A stretch of 64,000 nt of DNA, taken from contig OZ037769.1 of assembly GCA_964035545.1 (NCBI GenBank), positions 17,452,633 to 17,516,632 of the forward strand. Reading direction: 5' to 3'. A program made the translations under genes and the position numbers. The notes below the pieces were generated by a model. It saw only the letters and a program-made list of their open reading frames with translations. It was not told the DNA's origin and ran no database searches. This DNA is from Bugula neritina. Taxonomy: Eukaryota > Animalia > Bryozoa. Shown piece by piece: positions 26,496 through 38,400 of this stretch. Position 1 is the stretch's first letter; the number at the start of each line of letters is the position of its first letter.

Positions 26496-29400
26496 ATAAT
26501 ATAGTAAAACAGAAATTGGTGAAGAATTGGAAGTCAATTTGTGATTTGGGAAACTGGACATTTTCTATTCCATGCTATCTAATAATTATAATGCTAATTT
26601 GTTTGAGTAATTGACACACAAAGCTCAGGCACTATTCTCTCGCACTTGTATTTTATTGCAGATGTATCAAAGAAAAGTTTCCAAAAAAGTGAAAATACTT
26701 GAATTCCTTATGACGTTGTGTTATGCTGCAGTAAAAAAATTGACAAATTTTCAGAAAAAAATTATTCCTGCTTTTATTCGAAAGCAATAACAGACTGCAG
26801 CTCAAACTCAGATTGCACTGCAGATACTCTAGAAGAAACTTTAATTAACAAAAAGTTTAAAACAATTATGTTTCAAACCTGTAAGATTCCAGTCAAAGGT
26901 GTCCGCCTTATCTGTATCAACAGCGTCGCCAGGGTGTGGCAAGTTAAACGTAGTGATTGAATTGAAGGATCTCTTTATACCATTCATGAGCTCCACTATG
27001 TCAGGGTTTTTTGGGTTGCTTTGCTGAAAAAAAATTTGCATTTTGCTGTAATTGATCTTTTAAAAAACATTGTAATTCAGACATTTTTATTGTACAGTCA
27101 AATAAATTACCAATTTATAAAAGATTCTGTCATCTTCTCCAACCACATCATCGTAGTTGTAGTTTCTTGTGACGAAAATCAAAGACCTAAACAAGCTATC
27201 TTCCTTATCTTCATCACCATCCAGGTCTTCATCTAGAGCAACCTCTTTACCATCAGTAGATTCTTCAGCCTCTGAACAAAACTACAAGACAATTACATAG
27301 TTATTACTGCATCAGTGTATTATATGAGTATATATGTATTATATATTATTAGTATATAATTATGTATTATATTAGTATATTTATATGTATTATATTAGTA
27401 TATACATGTATTATATTAGTATATATGTATTATATTAGTATATATGTATTATATGAGTATGTTTGTTTGTTTGTTTGTTTATTTTATCAATATATAAATA
27501 AAGTAAAAAGAACACAAGAAGGCTAGTGAAAGCGCAGGGCTTAAAATAATTAACAATTAGTCAGTTAATTAAGTTAAGACGGTTAAGTAAGTCAGTAAAG
27601 TAAGTCAATTAAGTTAAGTCATAGCTCTCCGGCAAGAAGGCAAAACCTCACACCCGCCCTGAATGCACCGGGATTAGACTCATTTTTAAGCTCAGGTTTT
27701 AACCTGTTCCATAGCGCTGACACCCGATAACATGTACTTCTTTGACCTGCAGCAGTAGAGAAAAAAGGAATGGGAAGATTTGATATTGAGAAGCGTGTAC
27801 TGTAGGAGTGAACAATTAAACTTTTTTTAGTGTTTGAGTAAAATTTATGGGCTTTTTGCAAAATTTTCAGCTTATATAAATTTTCTATTTGAAGAATGTT
27901 AGCTTTTTTAAAGAGAGGGGCTGTGTGATGCAAAAAATCTTTTTTAAAAATATACCGTAAATTTTTTTTTTGTAATGGTAAAATTTTGTTGAGCGCAGTT
28001 TGTGAGGCATTACCCCATGAGTCCAGACAGTAACTTAATTTTGAATTAATTAGTGAGTTATATAAAATTATTAAAATCTCAGCAGATAACAATTTCGAAC
28101 ATGGATATAGTAGACCAGATAACGGTCGTATTTGTAGTATTGAGTTATTTATATTGTAGTGAGTAGTGCAAAGTACAAATACGGGAATCGCCCTCTCCCT
28201 ACTCTTGGAATACTTAGCCCCTTATGTAGCAACCAATTAGCAGCTCCGGAAGATATGCTTCCGATTCACGTGACACTTCCCGGGTTATTAACATTTTATC
28301 ACGTTGTTGTAAGCGGAGGCTTGAAGGAGAAACATGTATTAGTAGTGGACTGATGTTTAGGATAATTTGATGTGATGTTTATTTTATGCTTTATTGTGGA
28401 TAATAAATATAATTACTCGACAGCTACCCTAGTAATTACTAGCAGGATAGCTAACTAACTATACGCAAGTAGATAACTCACGCACAGTAATTGCACGAAT
28501 TACTACAGTGGTGGCAGCAGTGGGATCTTGCGTATAGCAGTCATGGCAGAAGACGGCACGGAGCTACCCATTCCACTGAATGAAGGTGAGAGAGATAATG
28601 TTGATATACCTGTGGAACCAGTGGTGTTAGATGAAGAAGTGAGAATTCCTAGAGAGCATGGTGAAGACAGATACCGGCTGAAGGCGCCCACCTTCACAGG
28701 CGAAGAAGCAGTGGAGCAGTTTATCCAAGAATTCCAAGATGTGATGGAGATTGCACAATGGCCACCAAGGGTGGCGTTGCTCAAGCTCAGGATGGCGCTG
28801 ACGGACAAAGCTAAGCCGTACGGAGCGGGACCTGACATAGACGGAATCTTTGCTTCTCTGCGGGCCCGTTTTGGCATCTCCCCCATAGATGCGCGGGCCC
28901 GTCTACAAAGGATGCGGCGTGATCCTCACACGTCGCTACAAGAGCACGCTGCCACGGTGTACCCACTAGCGCAGATCGCGTTCCGCGATCTGCCTCCAGT
29001 ACACCGTGAGAGGTATACTTATGATGCCTTCATGCAGTCCATCAACGACTTGGGGCTCCACCATCAATTCCAAGCGAGGGGAGTCACCACGGTCGAAGAT
29101 GCACTTGCGGTGGGAGAAGCCTACCTCATGGCGACTCACATGCACCGCAACCGCGTGGCCTCCCGCCAGGTGACCACGGAGCACACTACTGCTCATGCTG
29201 AACCAAACGCGGAACCCTCCGCGGTGGCTAATGTGAACCAGATGTCACTAGCGTCAAAAGTCGCACAGATGACTGACATGCTAGATAAACTGGTCGCCAC
29301 ATTAGCTCCCCCAAGCCAGGTAGATACTGCCCGTGAGCCTTGCGGGCCGCAGGTACATTCACCAGGCATGGGGCACAACTTCTGCTGGGGATGCGGAAGG

Positions 29401-32400
29401 CCAGGACATTTCCAGAGGAACTGCCCTCAACTCCCACAAGGGTTAAACTACCACGGCCCGCAGATGTTCCCACCTCCTGCGGGCCGTCTGTAAATCACCC
29501 AGGGAGGCCCGCGCGTCTGTCGCCCTACTGGGCGCCGCGCGGAGATGCTGTGAAGTGGCGACCCCCGCGGCAAGTAGGCTCAAGCCACTCGCTGCCTGGG
29601 TCCTCTACGCCACTCCAACACCAACACGGAGCCGGCAGACGGTTGACCTCAGAGCCTGCGAGGGAAACGGTACAGGCGCCACAAGGCGTACCGCCCCAAC
29701 CTCGGCAGCTGGTCAATAGTCGTCGCCAACCGTGGACCCCTCGACCCACAGCGAGGGAGGTGCAACCACGGCACACACAGCTGCAGCCACACGGAAGTAG
29801 CTACTTCCTGCCAGGAAAGCTAGCCGGCAAGCCTGCCAACTTCCTCCTGGACTCAGGCTGCACCACCAACCTCCTTAGCCGTCAATTCTTTGACACCCTC
29901 AGCGCTAAGGTCAAGGACGGGTTGGCACCGTATGAGGGGGATCATGGCACCCTGGCAGACGGGTCGTGCATCCCCTTCTACGGCATTATTGAGCTAACTG
30001 GTTACGTCCGTAACCAGGCCATCCAAGAGACGTTTATCGTCGGGCAGCTCAACGAGGACGCTATCCTCGGGATGCCATTCTTACAACGACACGGATGTCG
30101 CATCGATTTCAGTAAATCTGCGATGATCATGGGCGACAAGGAGCTCGCTTGTGTCGATAAGTTTGGTCGTCCTCTAGCGGGAGCAGTGCAGGTGGTACGG
30201 AGCTGTACTATACCAGGCCACTCCCGGGCTACCGTCCGCTGCAAGGTAGACGGTGGCCAAACCTCTAAGTTGGGAGTTGTCGAAAGTACGCACTCGAGAG
30301 TCCAACTTGCCCATAGCTTTAGCCGGCTTACGGGACAAGGAGAGAACTCAGTGCAGTGTGTCAACCCCTCTTCAGAGACAGTAGACCTACCACCCAGATC
30401 TATGCTGGGCCGCTTCCATCCTGTCCAGGAGGAAGCCATTGGGCCGTCGTCGGGAGCTACGACGGAAGGTCCTCAGCAGAGCCCGTCTCAAGGGCGGAGG
30501 ACCGTCCCAACCCACGCCTCCCATCCTCCAGGGACGCGTGGCTGCACAGGCAACAGAAAGCGCCAGGCTATGGCTAGGTTGCCACATGGGTACAGTGAGG
30601 CGTTCCGCCACACGGACCACGACGCCCGCCTAAATAGAGCAGGCTGTCGTGAGGTACCACGGGCGGCGAAGACCGCCCCTGCTCAGCCACTCCAACAGAG
30701 GGCTGACACGCCCCCGGAGGCTGCCCAGAGCCTCCGCGCCAAACCTGTATGGGCTGGTAACGTTAGGGAGCTGCCAAAGCTCCAGGAAAGCCTTCCTGGG
30801 GTGGTAGCCGACGTGTACCGAGCGAAACAGGAAGGGCGACGACCCAGTAGTAAACGGCGACAGGGATGCGCCGAGTTACGGCTGTACTGTCAACGTTGGA
30901 GCTCTCTGCGGGTCGGGCCAGATGGTCTGCTGACCATGACCTTGGCCGCCAACAGCAGACAGCCAGCCAGGAAGAGGGCCGTCTGCCCAGTTGCCATCCG
31001 CCGGAAGTTGATACAAGACACCCACGAGGAGACTCACGGAGGAGTCCAAGGGGTGGTCACCAAGCTACAACTCCGGTGGTACTGGCCCAACATGGAGCGG
31101 GATATCTGGCACAGAGTGAGACGGTGCAAAGTTTGCCAGACCAACAAGCATAGCCGTCTCCCTGGTGAAGCGGGGCGGCAGACGCATTGTGCGAGAAGGT
31201 CTCGGCAAGCGGAGACTGTCATCCTGGCCGGAAACACCTCCATGACACATCAGGAAGACTTGGCGAGGCGAGAAAGGCCACTTCCATCCTTGAAAGTGCG
31301 CCCACCGCCCCCAACGTCAAGCCTGCCATCACCACCACTTCCGGAACCAGAAACGGGTCCGGAAGTGCAAAAACCCCCCGTGGGAGGGGCTCCGCAAGGA
31401 GATACCAACGTAGGAACAAACGTCACAAACAGGCTGGAAAAACCACCCGTGAGACATAACAGTCCACAGGTGAGCACACCGCCTCCCACAGTGACGACGC
31501 CTCCAGGACCACACACTAGGCAACTTCCAGCGTGTCTCAGAGACTGTGTACGTGACCGCGGTATAAGCGGCAGTAACGAAAGTCTAGAGAAGCCTCGCAT
31601 GGGAAAACAGGCAAAGAGCCGTGGGAGTTGTGAACACCACGGAAATCTCAACTTTTGCCTCGGCGGAATCTCACACCAGATTCATCCGCTGGAAGTGAAA
31701 AGCCCTAGTCACGTTTCACAACCACGCTGTCCGGTCTTTTCCTACGTTGATGCAGTGAAGAGTAGACGTGCCACTAAACAGTAATCATTTACCGCTCTCA
31801 TTCCAAAATGTCTTACTATTCTGGATCGAAGGGTGAGTTAATTATGTTTTTGGTACGATAACTAGACTGCATCAGTCAGCTTTAGCTACACTAGCTAGCG
31901 AGCTGGAGATTCGATAATGATAAACAGTGATGGGAATACACGTCGACTTTGATTTTAAATAATCTGCCATAGCGAGTGTGTTCTCCATCAACTATTCATT
32001 AGCCTGAATCTCACGAGTGTAACTGAACAGAGTACCGGTCAGGCTGTACACGCCGACGGTACCTCAGTGTATAATCTTTAACACTGCTACTCTTTCAGAT
32101 CACACTCGAGTGACCACCTCCCGGTCACGGGACCAGCCAACCTCTCTGCCTATGGAAGAGGAACCTGTAATGGAGAATGGCATACCCGTGGCGCTCCGTC
32201 GACGACACCGCTGGGTGTCACCCACGACAGAAAGGAGAATTGAGGAAGCCTGGGGACCCAGTGGACCCCACCGAACCTGCCAGGTCTGCTTCGAGGAGTG
32301 CCCGTCACACCGCTCCCTGCGTCTACATGTAGACGCCCATTTTCTACTCCACTTCTGCCCGTGCGGGTTCCACGACGTCTACCCGTATCCCGTGACAGTC

Positions 32401-35400
32401 CATAAGCTGAGCTGCTTCGCCGGAGAGAACCATACTGTCGATGAGGACAGTTTCCCCCAATACCTGGATACCATCAAGCCAGTCATCAGGAAGGCTATCA
32501 CCCTGGCCGCACTAGCGTCAGGGTTCCACGTACTGCTGCTATCCGCCCGCCACAAGTCCCCTATGGTTCAGGGCCCGTCCCCTACCCCCGTCAACCCTAG
32601 CAACACCCCCAAAGTAGAAAGAACAACAATACCATCTCTAACAGAGACTACTACAACCCCGCCAAGGCCTAGCCAGCTGGCTAATGTAGAAGAGCGGCTT
32701 GTAAGACTGCAAGCCGAGTTCACACAACTTGCCCCTGACTTGCTGGATACGACGACAGGTCTATACCAGTTGAAGGACTCAGTGGGGCGACTGAAGAGGC
32801 GGCTACGTGCCCGACAGGCTCGACATAGAGCACGCTCGCTACAAGAGTCAGAGTCCACCCAATGAGTATGCCTGGGGTAGGCACCTTTCGTTGAGCTGTA
32901 TTTTGTCTGGAAAGTGACAAGTGCTCCGACATTGGCCCGCGTGCTGGTAAGCACCCTCTCTCTTTATAGCTGACTAGATGTGTGTGATCGATCACCCTGT
33001 TAACTTCTGTATATAAATGTTGTCGTGCTCAACTATTTCTCTTCTTACTCTTTGTGGGTTTACTTATGTATGTTTTTCTTTTTGGATTATTGTATAGTTT
33101 TTCATTATGTGTTTTTTTATTGTGTTATCAGAAAGTAGGGCTTTCTGCTGGGGGGGGCGGTGTAGTGAGTAGTGCAAAGTACAAATACGGGAATCGCCCT
33201 CTCCCTACTCTTGGAATACTTAGCCCCTTATGTAGCAACCAATTAGCAGCTCCGGAAGATATGCTTCCGATTCACGTGACACTTCCCGGGTTATTAACAT
33301 TTTATCACGTTGTTGTAAGCGGAGGCTTGAAGGAGAAACATGTATTAGTAGTGGACTGATGTTTAGGATAATTTGATGTGATGTTTATTTTATGCTTTAT
33401 TGTGGATAATAAATATAATTACTCGACAGCTACCCTAGTAATTACTAGCAGGATAACTAACTAACTATACGCAAGTAGATAACTCACGCACAGTAATTGC
33501 ACGAATTACTACAATATGATCATTCCAGTTCAAATGTGGGTCAATGTATATCTCAAAGAATTTGATGGTATCTGCTTGAGTAATGAAAATGTTATTCAGT
33601 AAGATTTTATTAGTTTGTAAGGAAATTTTATTCTGAGGGTTTTTAGCACAATGTATTTTGTTTTTGATATATTTATGATGTATATGTATTATATATGAGT
33701 ATATATTATACTCATATAACTCACGCAAGTTTATAGTCACTATCCCTGTGAGAAGCCCCTGATCGAAAGGGTTTTTATTAGAACAGGCTAAGTACTTATT
33801 CAGATGAGGCACGGGAGCAATTATGACTGAATGCTCTTCCTAACATCACCAATAGCCTTTGTCGGGTTTGAACCCACAACTTTGTGTTCACTAAGCGAAC
33901 CCTCTAACCCCTGGCTGATCCCCATATTATACTCATATAATGATATAATATTATATTCACTTTGGGATATTTTATACTGTGTAAGATATTCCAAAGTGAA
34001 TTTAATATATTAACAATGATTAATAAATTAGAAACTAACAAATATTTAATAATAATTGTGAGGGTAAAATAACTATCTCTAGCATTTTACACTCTGAATA
34101 TATTTTTATATTATAGATTTAGCTTTTTGAATAAAATTTCATCTTTGCTCCACAAATATCTCTGATATTCTTAGAAGCACACATTCTCCCATATAGATTA
34201 ATACCTGAAGCCTTGTAAGGTTTATCGGTTGAAGTAACTTGTCAATATTGAAAAGCTGTACAGATGCAATCTGCAGAGAAATGTAGGTTACCAGATGGTC
34301 AACTCTGACATCACCTTCGATATGACCTTCACCTTCACAATCCATTATCAGAATAGCCATCTGCAATGTTAGTAGTCACATTATGATATTTAACACTTGT
34401 GTACCACATGTTGCACCATTATGAACATTTGCCAACTCACTCACTAAAATTGTGACTCAAAGAACAGATGGAAAGAGCTGCATATTATCATTAATAGACC
34501 GATGTTGAGATGGTGTGAAGGTCAAAGTTTAATGACTAGGGGTCTGAGCAGAGAGGCAGGATAATTTGGAATATGTTCATATTTTTCACTCCCACCTGCT
34601 GTCAGTTTAGCTGCAATCAGTATCAGACATGGAAACAAGTCAACTTTTATTCTGTCCACTTTGACCCGGCCTTATCAAAAATGCCAGGCTGATCTGGGCT
34701 GAGCAGTTTAGACATTAGGTTAAAGTAACCAGCTGCCAAAAAAACTAAATGAAGAAGCAACACTTCATCATTTATTATTAGTAAAAATAATTTATGCTAT
34801 TGCTACCAGTATTCACATTAAGTAAATTCTCAACTGCCAGCAGAGTGAGTTGGTGCATTATTACAATATAATAAAAATGTACAATATAGCCAAAAGCTTG
34901 TGTGATAATTTGTGGGTTGTGATGAAAATAAAGCTAGAGAATATAATCTGTTGTATTGCAAAAGAGAGAAGGCAATTCCCAAGTGTAGCAATATATTTTA
35001 TTAGTCTGTTTACAAAAAATTATAAGTCTTGATCAATTGGTAGCCGTACAAGCAGTAGATTGATTGTACGCTGGCAAGCTCGCCCTTCGAATTACAGGAT
35101 ATAGCTTTTACCGTTATAGACAGGTGTTCTAAATGTACATATAGGCTATAGCCAAATTTCCTGACATGTCTAACTCACAAACACTACGTTTCCATGATTC
35201 ACATTCACGGGCTTTCCATGTACCGATCTCAGATCGATATCGCTGAGATCGATCTGAGAAATGTACTCAGATCGATCGTTTTTTCATGAGAGTGTCAGAT
35301 CGATCTCGCGTAGTTGCCTCCTCTTAAGTGAAGGATACTTTGAAAAGTATATTTTGTTTATCTATTTGAGTGATTAAAGCTACTACTGTTGAAAAAAAGA

Positions 35401-38400
35401 TGGTCGTAGTCTAAAATTTAATCCCAGCTATAAAATATACGCAGCAAAGCTTTCAGGGTACGGTAATTTGGCCAATTTAAAATAATTAATTTTAATTTTT
35501 TAGCTAGACAGCTTATATAAAATTAATGGCTGTCTTGCAGATTATTAATAAACTTACAGGACTGTTAGGCTTAAAATTACAAAGAAAATAGCTAATGAAA
35601 CTAAGTTTTAATAGTCATTTAAACTCAATCCAAACTCTCCCCTTTCCGATGGGGGGTGTGTGTGGTAAATTTATGTTGTGTGTGTGTGTCCTTTGTTGCC
35701 GAGATCGGCACTTCGGTCCTCCGAAACACCGATATGCCGATTCTCGGCATTTCGGATTCCCCAGGGGACCCAGCCCCTGAGGCAGCAGCACCACCAGCCC
35801 TCACTGTTGAGGCGCTGGTCACAGCCCTCCAAGGATTGCGGGGGCAAGGACAGGCATCACCTGGTGACAGGTATCGCCTCCAGCCCCCGACTTTCGGAGG
35901 AGATGGAGACGTGGAACAGTTCATCAAGGAGTTCGAGGACGTGGCCACCACCGCTGAATGGCCAGTACGGGTGCGCGTCCTCCAACTCCGGGCCTGTCTG
36001 ACAGGCCGAGCCAGGAACTTCGCACTGGGACCCGACGAAGCCCACATCATGCGGGCTCTTAGGGCCCGGTTCGGCCTGACCACGGAAGAGGCGTCAGACC
36101 AGCTACAAGTGATGAGGAGAGACCGAAGGACACCTCTGGAAGATCACGCTAACGAGGTAGAGCGCCTGGCTCAGGCTGCTTTCGGTCACGCCACTGGCGA
36201 AGATCGGAAGCGCCTCGTTTTTAACGCGTTCTTCCGGCGCGTGAACCACCCGGACCTCCAGCGGTACTGGCTGGCCGCGAAGGTCAAGAGCCTGGACGAG
36301 GCACTAGAGATGGGGAAGGCCTACTTCCAAGTAGAAGAACCACGGAGGGCGAACTACGCAGCTCGCCAGGTGGCCGGAGATACAGAAGAGGTACCCCCAA
36401 CCACACAAGTGGCAGCAGCAACTACTCCGTCGCCCGAGCAGACGCAGCTCAACATGCTGATGAGCATGATGAAAGGCCTGCAGGCTACGGTGACAGAGTT
36501 GCAGCGCAACCAGACGGACAGGCGGGCTCCCCGCTCGCGGGACGACCCTGTCCGCCTCCCTCTGCCCACCTGTTGGGAGTGCGGGATGCCAGGACATGTG
36601 AGAAGGCACTGCCCTAAGGGACAGAAGCCTTTAAACACCCGAGGCTCACGGTGAATTCCGCCACCCGTGGGCCCCACGCCAATCCGGTCCGGGATAGGAC
36701 TCGGAAGACAACAGAAGAGACCTCTCCAGAGTCGACCTACATCGAGTGGCAAGTAAACCAAAGATCTCGGAGACCGAAAGGCCTACCCGATCCTCCTGCC
36801 ATACCACTCGAAACCCGGATGGAACTAGAAGAAACCGGATGGCAGGCACCTCGGAGATCTCGGAGACCGCAAGGTCTACCCGATCCTCCAGCCTGGCCAC
36901 TCCGTAACCGGTTCGCGGGGTTGCCCGAGGAGGTTGTGGAGGAAGATTCAGCTTACTCGCAAGAGTACCCCAAGCTACCCTCCCGACCTCAGAAAACCCC
37001 CGTTGTCTCTAAGACGAAGAGGAAGCCCGCTATGCGGACCCAAGTTGTGTCTCCCCCAGAGACTGACCGCTCCAGGAGCACCCAGCCGTACGGAAGCAGC
37101 TACTTCCTGCCCGGGAAGATTTCGGGTAAAGCTGCCACATTCCTACTGGATACTGGGTGCACTACCAACCTGCTGAGTCGGCGTCTCTTTGACACTCTTG
37201 GGGCTCGAGAGCGGGCAAGCCTCGAGCCGTATGAAGGTGCGCATGGTACGTTGGCGGACGGATCATGCATTCCTTTCTACGGCGTCATCTCACTGCCTGG
37301 ACGCGTCCGTGATCAAGCAATTCACGAGACGTTCATAGTCAGCCAGCTGAAGGAGGACGCCATCTTGGGAATGCCCTTCCTGGAGAAACACCAGTGTCAC
37401 ATGGATTTCCAGAAGTCAGTGGTGGTGATGGCTGGGAAGGAACTTGTCTGTGTTGACAAGTTTGGCAGGCCCTTGGTGGGCGGAGTCCAGGTAGTGCGGG
37501 ACTGCACAGTTCCGGGGAGGTCCCAGGCGACTCTCTGATGCAGAGTCAACTGCAAGGGGATCGCCGGCCTGGGGATGGTTGAAGGAACGCACGGAGCCAT
37601 CCGACTAGCAAACAGCCTGAATCGGCTAGATTGTCGGCAAGAGCTCCTCGTGCAGTGCATCAACCCCTTCACGGAACCTGTCCGATTATCGGCCGGAGCG
37701 CTGGTGGGGAAGTACCACTCCATCCAGGAAGCGGATGTGGGTCCGGCACTGGAGACAGTGGCCGACACCCAGGGGAACCCCCCTCACACCAGACGAGGAG
37801 CAGTCCCGAAGCACCTGGCTGACCTGTATGGCGGAGCGTGCGGAGACTGTACGAGTACTACTGAACGCCAAGTACTGGCTCAACTACTTGCGGAGTACAG
37901 TGATGTCTTCAGTTGTGGCGATGGAGACATGGGGCTGACTAAGGTTATCTCCCACGAGATACCCCTGGCAGCCGGCACCACTCCCATCAGGCAGCCTACC
38001 CGACGTCTAGGCCCGGAGAAGGAGAAGAAGGTGAGCCGACAGGTACAGGATCTTCTGGACCGGGATCTGATTGAGCCTGCCCACGGTGCGTGGAGCTCCC
38101 CAGTGGTCCTGGTCAAGAAGAAGGATGGTAGCTGGAGATTCTGCGTGGACTACCGCAGACTCAACAACGTTACTATCCAGAACGCCTACCCTCTCCCACG
38201 GATAGATGAGTCTTTAGATGCCCTCGCGGGTAGCAAGTATTTCAGTACTTTGGATCTGCTTAGCGGGTACTGGCAAGTGCCCCTCAGTCCTGATGCCCAG
38301 GACAAAGCAGCATTCATTACTCGCGACGGGCTCTGGAAATGAAAAGTACTGCCATTCGGACTAACGTCCGCTCCGGCAACATTCCAACGACTCACGGAGC

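Larger units (their letters stand above)
28155..33513 (+). mobile_element. Ty3/gypsy LTR retrotransposon 1, young, non-autonomous (5,359 bp)
   Basis: 353-bp LTRs (TGTAG...CTACA) at 28155-28507 and 33161-33513 with one visible mismatch; ATAT target-site duplication (28151-54, 33514-17); PBS, PPT, gag, protease; no RT/RNase H/integrase core. Confidence 0.95.
27460..33650 (-). mobile_element. 5'-truncated LINE (CR1/L2-like) ORF2 3' fragment, split by LTR element 1 (pieces 27460-28154 and 33514-~33650)
   Basis: Removing the LTR element and one ATAT gives ..IKFFEIYIDPHLNWNDHINNSILQIRPLSGLLY..LLSAEILIILYNSLINSKLSYCLDSWGNA..LQKK..R..HTAPLFKK..LWN (post-RT region of CR1/L2-type LINEs); 3' end AATAAA + (CAAA)n on the minus strand at 27460-27485. 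Confidence 0.8.

Noticed and set aside
28159-28353. Identical short ORFs at 28159 and within 33054-33359
   Set aside because: They lie in the two LTR copies; no sign of coding function.
32099-32865. ORF3 as an envelope gene
   Set aside because: No signal peptide, TM segment or fusion-protein features; Cys/His pattern is zinc-finger-like.
33855-33924. Functional tRNA gene
   Set aside because: B-box present but no convincing acceptor or anticodon stems; better treated as a SINE-like relic.
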